In this document: in pieces, positions 1 through 12,800 of the stretch | How the letters are laid out: the number at the start of each line of letters is the position of its first letter | How positions within the stretch are numbered: position 1 is the first letter of the stretch | Assembly (NCBI GenBank): GCA_964016885.1 | Contig: OZ024744.1 | Location: 14,508,001-14,572,000 of the forward strand | Direction of reading: 5' to 3' | Source of the DNA: Eledone cirrhosa | Taxonomy: Eukaryota | DNA: 64,000 nt | Translations under genes and position numbers: made by a program | Notes under the pieces: generated by a model | Seen by the model: the letters and a program-made list of their open reading frames with translations, nothing else | What the model was told of the DNA's origin: nothing | The model's database searches: none

Positions 1-651
1 AGGCCAATGCTCTAACCACTAAGTCATGTGCCCCCCATTGCAAGGCCAATGCTCTAACCACTAAGCCATGTGCCTCCATTGTAAGGCCAATGCTCTAACC
101 ACTAAGCCATGTTCCTCCATTGCAAGGCCAATGCTCTAACCACTAAGTCATGTTCCTCCATTGCAAATCCAATGCTCTAACCACTAAGCCATGTGCCTCC
201 ATTGCAAGGCCAATGCTCTAACCACTAAGCCATGTGCCACCATTGCAAAGCCAATGCTCTAACCACTATGTCATGTGCCACCATTGCAAGGCCAATGCTC
301 TAACCACTAAACCATCTGCCTCCGTTGCAAGGCCAATGCTCTAACCACTAAGCCATCTGCCTCCATTGCAAGGCCAATGCTCTAACCACTAAGCCATGTG
401 CCTGCATTGCAAGGCCAATGCTCTAACCACTAAGCCATGTGCCTCCACTGCAAGGCCAATGCTCTAACCACTAAGTCATGTGCCTCCATTGCAAGGCCAA
501 TGCTCTAACCACTAAGTCATGTGCCTCCATTGCAAGGCCAATGCTCTAACCACTAAGCCCTGTGCCTCCATTGCAAGGCCAATGCTCTAACAACTAAGCC
601 ATGTGCCTCCATTGCAAGGCCAACGCTCTAACCACTAAGCCATGTGCCTCC

Positions 652-692
652 ATTGCAAGGCCAATGCTCTAACCACTAAGCCATGTGCCTCC
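652..692 (-). other. Representative monomer: tRNA 5'-half-like / tRNA-SINE-head-like sequence (not a functional tRNA); applies to every monomer
   Basis: Minus strand GGAGGCACATGGCTTAGTGGTTAGAGCATTGGCCTTGCAAT fits tRNA numbering: U8, D-stem GCUU/GAGC (G10-C25, C11-G24, U12-A23, U13-G22), A14, G18G19, A21, then C32 U33 UGC A37 A38. The 3' anticodon-stem strand, T-arm and 3' acceptor strand are absent. Confidence 0.7.
673..683 (-). promoter_or_regulatory. RNA polymerase III A-box-like element (TGGCTTAGTGG), representative of one per monomer
   Basis: Matches the type-2 Pol III A-box consensus TRGCNNARYGG. No B box (GTTCRANNC) was found in the window, so activity is doubtful. Confidence 0.55.
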
Positions 693-3600
693 ATTGCAAG
701 GCCAATGCTCTAACCACTAAGCCATGTGCCTCCATTGCAAGGCCAATGCTCTAACAACTAAGCCATGTGCCTCCATTGCAAGGCCAACGCTCTAACCACT
801 AAGCCATGTGCCTCCATTGCAAGGCCAATGCTCTAACCACTAAGCCATGTGCCTCCATTGCAAGGCCAATACTCTAACCACTAAGCCATGTGCCTCCATT
901 GCAAGGCCAATGCTCTAACCACTAAGCCATGTGCTTCCATTCCAAGGCCAATGCTCTAACCACTAAGCCATGTGCCTCCATTGCAAGGCCAATGTTCTAA
1001 CCACTAATTCATGTGCCTCCATTACAAGGCCAACGCTCTAACCACTAAGCCATGTGCCTCCATTGCAAGGCCAATGCTCTAACCACTAAGCCATGTGCCT
1101 CCATTGCAAGGCCAATGCTCTAACCACTAAGCCATGTATCTCCATTGCAAGGACAATGCTCTAACCACTAAGTCATGTGCCTCCATTGCAAGGCCAATGC
1201 TCTAACCACTAAGCCATGTGCCTCCATTGCAAGGCCAATGCTCTAACCACTAAGCCATGTGCCTCCATTGCAAGGCCAATGCTCTAACCACTAAGCCATG
1301 TGCCTCCACTGCAAGGCCAATGCTCTAACCACTAAGTCATGTGCCTCCATTGCAAGGCCAATGCTCTAACCACTAAGTCATGTGCCTCCATTGCAAGGCC
1401 AATGCTCTAACCACTAAGCCATGTGCCTCCATTGCAAGGCCAATGCTCTAATAACTAAGCCATGTGCCTCCATTGCAAAGCCAACGCTCTAACCACTAAG
1501 CCATGTGCCTCCATTGCAAGGCCAATGCTCTAACCACTAAGCCATGTGCCTCCATTGCAAGGCCAATGCTCTAACCACTAAGCCATGTGCCTCCATTGCA
1601 AGGCCAATGCTCTAACCACTAAGCCATGTGCCTCCATTGCAAGGCCAATGTTCTAACCACTAAGTCATGTGCCTCCATTGCAAGGCCAATGCTCTAACCA
1701 CTAAGTCATGTGCCTCCATTGCAAGGCCAATGCTCTAACCACTAAACCATCTGCCTCCATTGCAAGGCCAATGCTCTAACCACTAAGTCATGTGCCTCCA
1801 TTGCAAGGCCAATGCTCTAACCACTAAGCCATGTGCCTCCATTGCAAGGCCAATACTCTAACCACTAAGTCATGTGCCTCCATTGCAAGGCCAATGCTCT
1901 AACCACTAAGCCATGTATCTCCATTGCAAGGCCAATGCTCTAACCACTAAGTCATGTGCCTCCATTGCAAGGCCAATGCTCTAACCACTAAGTCATGTGC
2001 CTCCATTGCAAGGCCAATGCTCTAACCACTAAGTCATGCGCCTCCATTGCAAGGCCAATGCTCTAACCACTAAGCCATGTGCCTCGATTGCAAGGCCAAT
2101 GCTCTAACCACTAAGCCATGTGCCTCCATTGCAAGTCCAATTCTCTAACCACTAAGCCATGTGCCTCCATTGCAAGGCCAATGCTCTAACCACTAAGTCA
2201 TGTGCCTCCATTGCAAGGCCAATGCTCTAACCACTAAGCCATGTGCCTCCACTGCAAGGCCAATGCTCTAACCACTAAGTCATGTGCCTCCATTGCAAGG
2301 CCAATGCTCTAACCACTAAGTCATGTGCCTCCATTGCAAGGCCAATGCTCTAACCACTAAGCCATGTGCCTCCATTGCAAGGCCAATGCTCTAACAACTA
2401 AGCCATGTGCCTCCATTGCAAAGCCAACGCTCTAACCACTAAACCATGTGCCTCCATTGCAAGGCCAATGCTCTAACCACTAAGCCATGTGCCTCCATTG
2501 CAAGGCCAATGCTCTAACCACTAAGCCATGTGCCTCCATTGCAAGGCCAATGTTCTAACCACTAAGTCATGTGCCTCCATTGCAAGGCCAATGCTCTAAC
2601 CACTAAGTCATGTGCCTCCATTGCAAGGCCAATGCTCTAACCACTAAACCATCTGCCTCCATTGCAAGGCCAATGCTCTAACCACTAAGTCGTGTGCCTC
2701 CATTGCAAGGCCAATGCTCTAACCACTAAGCCATGTGCCTCCATTGCAAGGCCAATACTCTAACCACTAAGTCATGTGCCTCCATTGCAAGGCCAATGCT
2801 CTAACCACTAAGTCATGTGCCTCCATTGCAAGGTCAATGCTCTAACCACTAAGTCATGTGCCTCCATTGCAAGGCCAATGCTCTAACCACTAAGTTATGT
2901 GCCTCCATTGCAAGGCCAATGCTCTAACCACTAAGTCATGTGCCTCCATTGCAAGGCCAATGCTCTAACCACTAAGTCATGCGCCTCCATTGCAAGGCCA
3001 ATGCTCTAACCACTAAGCCATGTGCCTCGATTGCAAGGCCAATGCTCTAACCACTAAGCCATGTGCCTCCATTGCAAGGCCAATTCTCTAACCACTAAGC
3101 CATGTGCCTCCATTGCAAGGCCAATGCTCTAACCACTAAGTCATGTGCCTCCATTGCAAGGCCAATGCTCTAACCACTAAACCATCTGCCTCCATTGCAA
3201 GGCCAATGCTCTAACCACTAAGCCATGTGCCTCCATTGCAAGGCCAATGCTCCAACCACTAAGTCATGTGCCTCCATTGCAAGGCCAATGCTCTAACCAC
3301 TAAACCATCTGCCTCCATTGCAAGGCCAATGCTCTAACCACTAAGCCATGTGCCTCCATTGCAAGGCCAATGCTCTAACCACTAAGCCATGTTCCTCCAT
3401 TGCAAGGCCAATGCTCTAACCACTAAGTCATGTTCCTCCATTGCAAATCCAATGCTCTAACCACTAAGCCATGTGCCTCCATTGCAAGGCCAATGCTCTA
3501 ACCACTAAGCCATGTGCCACCATTGCAAGGTCAATGCTCTAAACACTAAGCCATGTGCCACCATTGCAAGGCCAATGCTCTAACCACTAAACCATCTGCC

Positions 3601-6600
3601 TCCGTTGCAAGGCCAATGCTCTAACCATTAAGCCATCTGCCTCCATTGCAAGGCCAATGCTCTAACCACTAAGCCATGTGCCTCCATTGCAAGGCCAATG
3701 CTCTAACCAATAAGCCAAGTGCCTCCATTGCAAGGCCAATACTCTAACCACTAAGCCATGTGCCTCCATTGCAAGGCCAATGCACTAACCAATAAGCCAT
3801 GTGCCTCCATTGCAAGGCCAATGCTCTAACCACTAAGCAATGTGTCTCCATTGCAAGGCCAATGCTCTAACCACTAAGCCATGTTCCTCCTTTGCAAGGA
3901 CAATGCTCTAACCACTAAGTCATGTTCCTCCATTGCAAAGCTAATGCTCTAACCACTAAGCCATGTGCCCCCATTGCAAGGCCAATGCTCTAACCACTAA
4001 GCCATGTGCCACCATTGCAAGGCCAATGCTCTAACCACTAAACCATCTGCCTCCGTTGCAAGGCCAATGCTCTAACCACTATGCCATCTGCCTCCATTGC
4101 AAGGCCAATGCTCTAACCACTAAGCCATGTGCCTCCATTGCAAGGCGAATGCTCTAACCAATAAGCCATGTGCCTCCATTGCAAGGCCAATGTTCTAACC
4201 ACTAAGTCATGTGCCTCCATTGCAAGGCAAATGCTCTAACCAATAAGTCATGTGCCTCCATTGCAAGGCCAATGCTCTAACCACTAAGACATATGCCTCC
4301 ATTGCAAGGCCAATACTCTAACAACTAAGTCATGTGCCTCCATTGCAAGGTCAATGCTCTAACCACTAAGACATATGCCTCCATTGCAAGGCCAATGCTC
4401 TAACCACTAAGTCATGTGCCTCCATGGCAAGGTCAATGCTCTAAACACTAAGTCATGTGCCTCCATTGCAAGGCCAATGCTCTAACCACTAAGTCATGTG
4501 CCTACATTGCAAGGCCAATGCTCTAACCACTAAGTCATGTGCCTCCATTGCAAGGCCAATGCTCTAACCACTAAGTCATGCGCCTCCATTGCAAGGCCAA
4601 TGCTCTAACCACTAAGCCATGTGCCTCCATTGCAAGGCCAATGCTCTAACCACTAAGCCATGTGCCTCCATTGCAAGGCCAATTCTCTAACCACTAAGCC
4701 ATGTGCCTCCATTGCAAGGCCAATGCTCTAACCACTAAGTCATGTGCCTCCATTGCAAGCCCAATGCTCTAACCACTAAACCATCTGCCTCCATTGCAAG
4801 GCCAATGCTCTAACCACTAAGCCATGTGCCTCCATTGCAAGGCCAATGCTCTAACCACTAAGTCATGTGCCTCCATTGCAAGGCCAATGCTCTAACCACT
4901 AAACCATCTGCCTCCATTGCAAGGCCAATGCTCTAACCACTAAGTCATGTGCCCCCCATTGCAAGGCCAATGCTCTAACCACTAAGCCATGTGCCTCCAT
5001 TGTAAGGCCAATGCTCTAACCACTAAGCCATATTCCTCCATTGCAAGGCCAATGCTCTAACCACTAAGTCATGTTCCTCCATTGCAAATCCAATGCTCTA
5101 ACCACTAAGCCATGTGCCTCCATTGCAAGGCCAATGCTCTAACCACTAAGCCATGTGCCACCATTGCAAGGCCAATGCTCTAACCACTATGTCATGTGCC
5201 ACCATTGCAAGGCCAATGCTCTAACCACTAAACCATCTGCCTCCGTTGCAAGGCCAATGCTCTAACCACTAAGCCATCTGCCTCCATTGCAAGGCCAATG
5301 CTCTAACCACTAAGCCATGTGCCTCCATTGCAAGGCCAATGCTCTAACCACTAAGCCATGTGCCTCCACTGCAAGGCCAATGCTCTAACCACTAAGTCAT
5401 GTGCCTCCATTGCAAGGCCAATGCTCTAACCACTAAGTCATGTGCCTCCATTGCAAGGCCAATGCTCTAACCACTAAGCCCTGTGCCTCCATTGCAAGGC
5501 CAATGCTCTAACAACTAAGCCATGTGCCTCCATTGCAAGGCCAACGCTCTAACCACTAAGCCATGTGCCTCCATTGGTAGGCCAATGCTCTAACCACTAA
5601 GCCATGTGCCTCCATTGCAAGGCCAATGCTCTAACCACTAAGCCATGTGCCTCCATTGCAAGGCCAATGCTCTAACCACTAAGCCATGTGCTTCCATTGC
5701 AAGGCCAATGCTCTAACCACTAAGCCATGTGCCTCCATTGCAAGGCCAATGTTCTAACCACTAAGTCACGTGCCTCCATTGCAAGGCCAACGCTCTAACC
5801 ACTAAGCCATGTGCCTCCATTGCAAGGCCAATGCTCTAACCACTAAGCCATGTGCCTCCATTGCAAGGCCAATGCTCTAACCACTAAGCCATGTATCTCC
5901 ATTGCAAGGACAATGCTCTAACCACTAAGCCATGTGCCTCCATTGCAAGGCCAATGCTCTAACCACTAAGTCATGTGCCTCCATTGCAAGGCCAATGCTC
6001 TAACCACTAAGCCATGTGCCTCCATTGCAAGGCCAATGCTCTAACCACTAAGCCATGTGCCTCCACTGCAAGGCCAATGCTCTAACCACTAAGTCATGTG
6101 CTTCCATTGCAAGGCCAATGCTCTAACCACTAAGTCATGTGCCTCCATTGCAAGGCCAATGCTCTAACCACTAAGCCATCTGCCTCCATTGCAAGGCCAA
6201 TGCTCTAACCACTAAGTCATGTGCCTCCATTGCAAGGCGAATGCTCTAACCAATAAGCCATGTGCCTCCATTGCAAGGCCAATGCTCTAACCACTAAGAC
6301 ATATGCCTCCATTGCAAGGTCAATACTCTAACCACTAAGTCATGTGCCTCCAATGCAAGGCCAATGCTCTAACCACTAAGTCATGTGCCTCCATTGCAAG
6401 GTCAATGCTCTAACCACTAAGTCATGTGCCTCCATTGCAAGGCCAATGCTCTAACCACTAAGTCATGTGCCTACATTGCAAGGCCAATGCTCTAACCACT
6501 AAGTCATGTGCCTCCATTGCAAGGCCAATGCTCTAACCACTAAGCCATGTGCCTCCATTGCAAGGCCAATGCTCTAACCACTAAGCCATGTGCCTCCATT

Positions 6601-9600
6601 GCAAGGCCAATTCTCTAACCACTAAGCCATGTGCCTCCATTTCAAGGCCAATGCTCTAACCACTAAGTCATGTGCCTCCATTGCAAGCTCAATGCTCTAA
6701 CCACTAAACCATCTGCCTCCATTGCAAGGCCAATGCTCTAACCACTAAGCCATGTGCCTCCATTGCAAGGCCAATGCTCTAACCACTAAGTCATGTGCCT
6801 CCATTGCAAGGCAATGCTCTAACCACTAAACCATCTGCCTCCATTGCAAGGCCAATGCTCTAACCACTAAGTCATGTGCCCCCCATTGCAAGGCCAATGC
6901 TCTAACCACTAAGCCATGTGCCTCCATTGCAAGGCCAATGCTCTAACCACTAAGCCATGTGCCACCATTGCAAGGCCAATGCTCTAACCACTAAGCCATG
7001 TGCCACCATTGCAAGGCCAATGCTCTAACCACTATGTCATGTGCCACCATTGCAAGGCCAATGCTCTAACCACTAAACCATCTGCCTCCGTTGCAAGGCC
7101 AATGCTCTAACCACTAAGCCATCTGCCTCCATTGCAAGGCCAATGCTCTAACCACTAAGCCATGTGCCTCCATTGCAAGGCCAATGCTCTAACCACTAAG
7201 CCATGTGCCTCCATTGCAAGGCCAATGCTCTAACCACTAAGCCATGTGCCACCATTGCAAGGCCAATGCTCTAACCACTATGTCATGTGCCACCATTGCA
7301 AGGGCAATGCTCTAACCACTAAACCATCTGCCTCCGTTGCAAGGCCAATGCTCTAACCATTAAGCCATCTGCCTCCATTGCAAGGCCAATGCTCTAACCA
7401 CTAAGCCATGTGCCTCCATTGCAAGGCCAATGCTCTAACCAATAAGCCAAGTGCCTCCATTCCAAGGCCAATACTCTAACCACTAAGCCATGTGCCTCCA
7501 TTGCAAGGCCAATGCACGAACCAATAAGCCATGTGCCTCCATTGCAAGGCCAATGCTCTAACCACTAAGCCATGTGCCTCCATTGCAAGGCCAATGCTCT
7601 AACCACTAAGCCATGTTCCTCCATTGCAAGGACAATGCTCTAACCACTAAGTCATGTTCCTCCATTGCAAAGCCAATGCTCTAACCACTAAGCCATGTGC
7701 CCCCATTGCAAGGCCAATGCTCTAACCACTAAGCCATGTGCCACCATTGCAAGGCCAATGCTCTAACCACTAAACCATCTGCCTCCGTTGCAAGGCCAAT
7801 GCTCTAACCACTAAGCCATCTGCCTCCATTGCAAGGCCAATGCTCTAACCACTAAGTCATGTGCCTCCATTGCAAGGCGAATGCTCTAACCAATAAGCCA
7901 TGTGCCTCCATTGCAAGGCCAATGTTCTAACCACTGAGTAATGTGCCTCCATTGCAAGGCCAATGCTCTAACCACTAAGTCATGTGGCTCCATTGCAAGG
8001 CCAATGCTCTAACCACTAAGACATATGCCTCCATTGCAAGGTCAATACTCTAACCACTAAGTCATGTTCCTCCAATGCAAGGCCAATGCTCTAACCACTA
8101 AGTCATGTGCCTCCATTGCAAGGTCAATGCTCTAACCACTAAGTCATGTGCCTCCATTGCAAGGCCAATGCTCTAACCACTAAGTCATGTGCCTACATTG
8201 CAAGGCCAATGCTCTAACCACTAAGTCATGTGCCTCCATTGCAAGGCCAATGCTCTAACCACTAAGCCATGTGCCTCCATTGCAAGGCCAATGCTCTAAC
8301 CACTAAGCCATGTGCCTCCATTGCAAGGCCAATTCTCTAACCACTAAGCCATGTGCCTCCATTGCAAGGCCAATGCTCTAACCACTAAGTCATGTGCCTC
8401 CATTGCAAGCTCAATGCTCTAACCACTAAACCATCTGCCTCCATTGCAAGGCCAATGCTCTAACCACTAAGCCATGTGCCTCCATTGCAAGGCCAATGCT
8501 CTAACCACTAAGTCATGTGCCTCCATTGCAAGGCCAATGCTCTAACCACTAAACCATCTGCCTCCATTGCAAGGCCAATGCTCTAACCACTAAGTCATGT
8601 GCCCCCCATTGCAAGGCCAATGCTCTAACCACTAAGCCATGTGCCTCCATTGCAAGGCCAATGCTCTAACCACTAAGCCATGTGCCACCATTGCAAGGCC
8701 AATGCTCTAACCACTAAGCCATGTGCCACCATTGCAAGGCCAATGCTCTAACCACTCTGTCATGTGCCACCATTGCAAGGCCAATGCTCTAACCACTAAA
8801 CCATCTGCCTCCGTTGCAAGGCCAATGCTCTAACCACTAAGCCATCTGCCTCCATTGCAAGGCCAATGCTCTAACCACTAAGCCATGTGCCTCCATTGCA
8901 AGGCCAATGCTCTAACCACTAAGCCATGTGCCTCCATTGCAAGGCCAATGCTCTAACCACTAAGCCATGTGCCACCATTGCAAGGCCAATGCTCTAACCA
9001 CTATGTCATGTGCCACCATTGCAAGGCCAATGCTCTAACCACTAAACCATCTGCCTCCGTTGCAAGGCCAATGCTCTAACCACTAAGCCATCTGCCTCCA
9101 TTGCAAGGCCAATGCTCTAACCACTAAGCCATGTGCCTCCATTGCAAGGCCAATGCTCTAACCACTAAGCCATGTGCCTCCACTGCAAGGCCAATGCTCT
9201 AACCACTAAGTCATGTGCCTCCATTGCAAGGCCAATGCTCTAACCACTAAGTCATGTGCCTCCATTGCAAGGCCAATGCTCTAACCACTAAGCCATGTGC
9301 CTCCATTGCAAGGCCAATGCTCTAACAACTAAGCCATGCGCCTCCATTGCAAGGCCAATGCTCTAACCACTAAGTCATGTGCCTCCATTGCAAGGCCAAT
9401 GCTCTAACCACTAAACCATCTGCCTCCATTGCAAGGCCAATGCTCTAACCACTAAGCCATGTGCCTCCATTGCAAGGCCAATGCTCTAACCACTAAGCCA
9501 TGTTCCTCCATTGCAAGGCCAATGCTCTAACCACTAAGTCATGTTCCTCCATTGCAAATCCAATGCTCTAACCACTAAGCCATGTGCCTCCATTGCAAGG

Positions 9601-9819
9601 CCAATGCTCTAACCACTAAGCCATGTGCCACCATTGCAAGGTCAATGCTCTAAACACTAAGCCATGTGCCACCATTGCAAGGCCAATGCTCTAACCACTA
9701 AACCATCTGCCTCCGTTGCAAGGCCAATGCTCTAACCTTTAAGCCATCTGCCTCCATTGCAAGGCCAATGCTCTAACCACTAAGCCATGTGCCTCCATTG
9801 CAAGGCCAATGCTCTAACC

Positions 9820-12800
9820 AATAAGCCAAGTGCCTCCATTGCAAGGCCAATACTCTAACCACTAAGCCATGTGCCTCCATTGCAAGGCCAAAGCACTAAC
9901 CAATAAGCCATGTGCCTCCATTGCAAGGCCAATGCTCTAACCACTAAGCAATGTGCCTCCATTGCAAGGCCAATGCTCTAACCACTAAGCCATGTTCCTC
10001 CATTGCAAGGACAATGCTCTAACCACTAAGTCATGTTCCTCCATTGCAAAGCTAATGCTCTAACCACTAAGCCATGTGCCCCCATTGCAAGGCCAATGCT
10101 CTAACCACTAAGCCATGTGCCACCATTGCAAGGCCAATGCTCTAACCACTAAACCATCTGCCTCCGTTGCAAGGCCAATGCTCTAACCACTATGCCATCT
10201 GCCTCCATTGCAAGGCCAATGCTCTAACCACTAAGCCATGTGCCTCCATTGCAAGGCGAATGCTCTAACCAATAAGCCATGTGCCTCCATTGCAAGGCCA
10301 ATGTTCTAACCACTAAGTCATGTGCCTCCATTGCAAGGCCAATGCTCTAACCACTAAGTCATGTGCCTCCATTGCAAGGCCAATGCTCTAACCACTAAGA
10401 CATATGCCTCCATTGCAAGGCCAATACTCTAACCACTAAGTCATGTGCCTCCATTGCAAGGTCAATGCTCTAACCACTAAGACATATGCCTCCATTGCAA
10501 GGCCAATGCTCTAACCACTAAGACATGTGCCTCCATTGCAAGGTCAATGCTCTAACCACTAAGTCATGTGCCTCCATTGCAAGGCCAATGCTCTAACCAC
10601 TAAGTCATGTGCCTACATTGCAAGGCCAATGCTCTAACCACTAAGTCATGTGCCTCCATTGCAAGGCCAATGCTCTAACCACTAAGTCATGCGCCTCCAT
10701 TGCAAGGCCAATGCTCTAACCACTAAGCCATGTGCCTCCATTGCAAGGCCAATGCTCTAACCACTAAGCCATGTGCCTCCATTGCAAGGCCAATTCTCTA
10801 ACCACTAAGCCATGTGCCTCCATTGCAAGGCCAATGCTCTAACCACTAAGTCATGTGCCTCCATTGCAAGCCCAATGCTCTAACCACTAAACCATCTGCC
10901 TCCATTGCAAGGCCAATGCTCTAACCACTAAGCCATGTGCCTCCATTGCAAGGCCAATGCTCTAACCACTAAGTCATGTGCCTCCATTGCAAGGCCAATG
11001 CTCTAACCACTAAACCATCTGCCTCCATTGCAAGGCCAATGCTCTAACCACTAAGTCATGTGCCCCCCATTGCAAGGCCAATGCTCTAACCACTAAGCCA
11101 TGTGCCTCCATTGTAAGGCCAATGCTCTAACCACTAAGCCATGTTCCTCCATTGCAAGGCCAATGCTCTAACCACTAAGTCATGTTCCTCCATTGCAAAT
11201 CCAATGCTCTAACCACTAAGCCATGTGCCTCCATTGCAAGGCCAATGCTCTAACCACTAAGCCATGTGCCACCATTGCAAAGCCAATGCTCTAACCACTA
11301 TGTCATGTGCCACCATTGCAAGGCCAATGCTCTAACCACTAAACCATCTGCCTCCGTTGCAAGGCCAATGCTCTAACCACTAAGCCATCTGCCTCCATTG
11401 CAAGGCCAATGCTCTAACCACTAAGCCATGTGCCTCCATTGCAAGGCCAATGCTCTAACCACTAAGCCATGTGCCTCCACTGCAAGGCCAATGCTCTAAC
11501 CACTAAGTCATGTGCCTCCATTGCAAGGCCAATGCTCTAACCACTAAGTCATGTGCCTCCATTGCAAGGCCAATGCTCTAACCACTAAGCCCTGTGCCTC
11601 CATTGCAAGGCCAATGCTCTAACAACTAAGCCATGTGCCTCCATTGCAAGGCCAACGCTCTAACCACTAAGCCATGTGCCTCCATTGCAAGGCCAATGCT
11701 CTAACCACTAAGCCATGTGCCTCCATTGCAAGGCCAATGCTCTAACCACTAAGCCATGTGCCTCCATTGCAAGGCCAATGCTCTAACAACTAAGCCATGT
11801 GCCTCCATTGCAAGGCCAACGCTCTAACCACTAAGCCATGTGCCTCCATTGCAAGGCCAATGCTCTAACCACTAAGCCATGTGCCTCCATTGCAAGGCCA
11901 ATGCTCTAACCACTAAGCCATGTGCCTCCATTGCAAGGCCAATGCTCTAACCACTAAGCCATGTGCTTCCATTCCAAGGCCAATGCTCTAACCACTAAGC
12001 CATGTGCCTCCATTGCAAGGCCAATGTTCTAACCACTAATTCATGTGCCTCCATTACAAGGCCAACGCTCTAACCACTAAGCCATGTGCCTCCATTGCAA
12101 GGCCAATGCTCTAACCACTAAGCCATGTGCCTCCATTGCAAGGCCAAAGCACTAACCAATAAGCCAAGTGCCTCCATTGCAAGGCCAATACTCTAACCAC
12201 TAAGCCATGTGCCTCCATTGCAAGGCCAAAGCACTAACCAATAAGCCATGTGCCTCCATTGCAAGGCCAATGCTCTAACCACTAAGCAATGTGCCTCCAT
12301 TGCAAGGCCAATGCTCTAACCACTAAGCCATGTTCCTCCATTGCAAGGACAATGCTCTAACCACTAAGTCATGTTCCTCCATTGCAAAGCTAATGCTCTA
12401 ACCACTAAGCCATGTGCCCCCATTGCAAGGCCAATGCTCTAACCACTAAGCCATGTGCCACCATTGCAAGGCCAATGCTCTAACCACTAAACCATCTGCC
12501 TCCGTTGCAAGGCCAATGCTCTAACCACTATGCCATCTGCCTCCATTGCAAGGCCAATGCTCTAACCACTAAGCCATGTGCCTCCATTGCAAGGCGAATG
12601 CTCTAACCAATAAGCCATGTGCCTCCATTGCAAGGCCAATGTTCTAACCACTAAGTCATGTGCCTCCATTGCAAGGCCAATGCTCTAACCACTAAGTCAT
12701 GTGCCTCCATTGCAAGGCCAATGCTCTAACCACTAAGACATATGCCTCCATTGCAAGGCCAATACTCTAACCACTAAGTCATGTGCCTCCATTGCAAGGT

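Noticed and set aside
661-677. CCAAT box / ERSE-like element (CCAAT...CCAC)
   Set aside because: The spacer is 7 nt rather than the 9 of ERSE (CCAAT-N9-CCACG), there is no adjacent gene, and a 5-mer match is uninformative.
669-679. Telomere-like CTAACC / GGTTAG motif
   Set aside because: Single short motif per monomer, not tandem TTAGG(G), and explained by the D-loop-like GGTTAGAGC.
652-692. Functional tRNA-Ala(UGC) gene array
   Set aside because: The anticodon stem cannot pair (UUGGC vs UGGAG), and there is no T-arm/B box or 3' acceptor strand.
5570-5582. Variants at the anticodon-equivalent triplet (ACC here; TAC, TGG, TGT, TGA, TAA, GGC, TTC elsewhere) as a diversified anticodon repertoire
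   Set aside because: They are rare, propagate only with block duplications and seem no more frequent than substitutions at other monomer positions.
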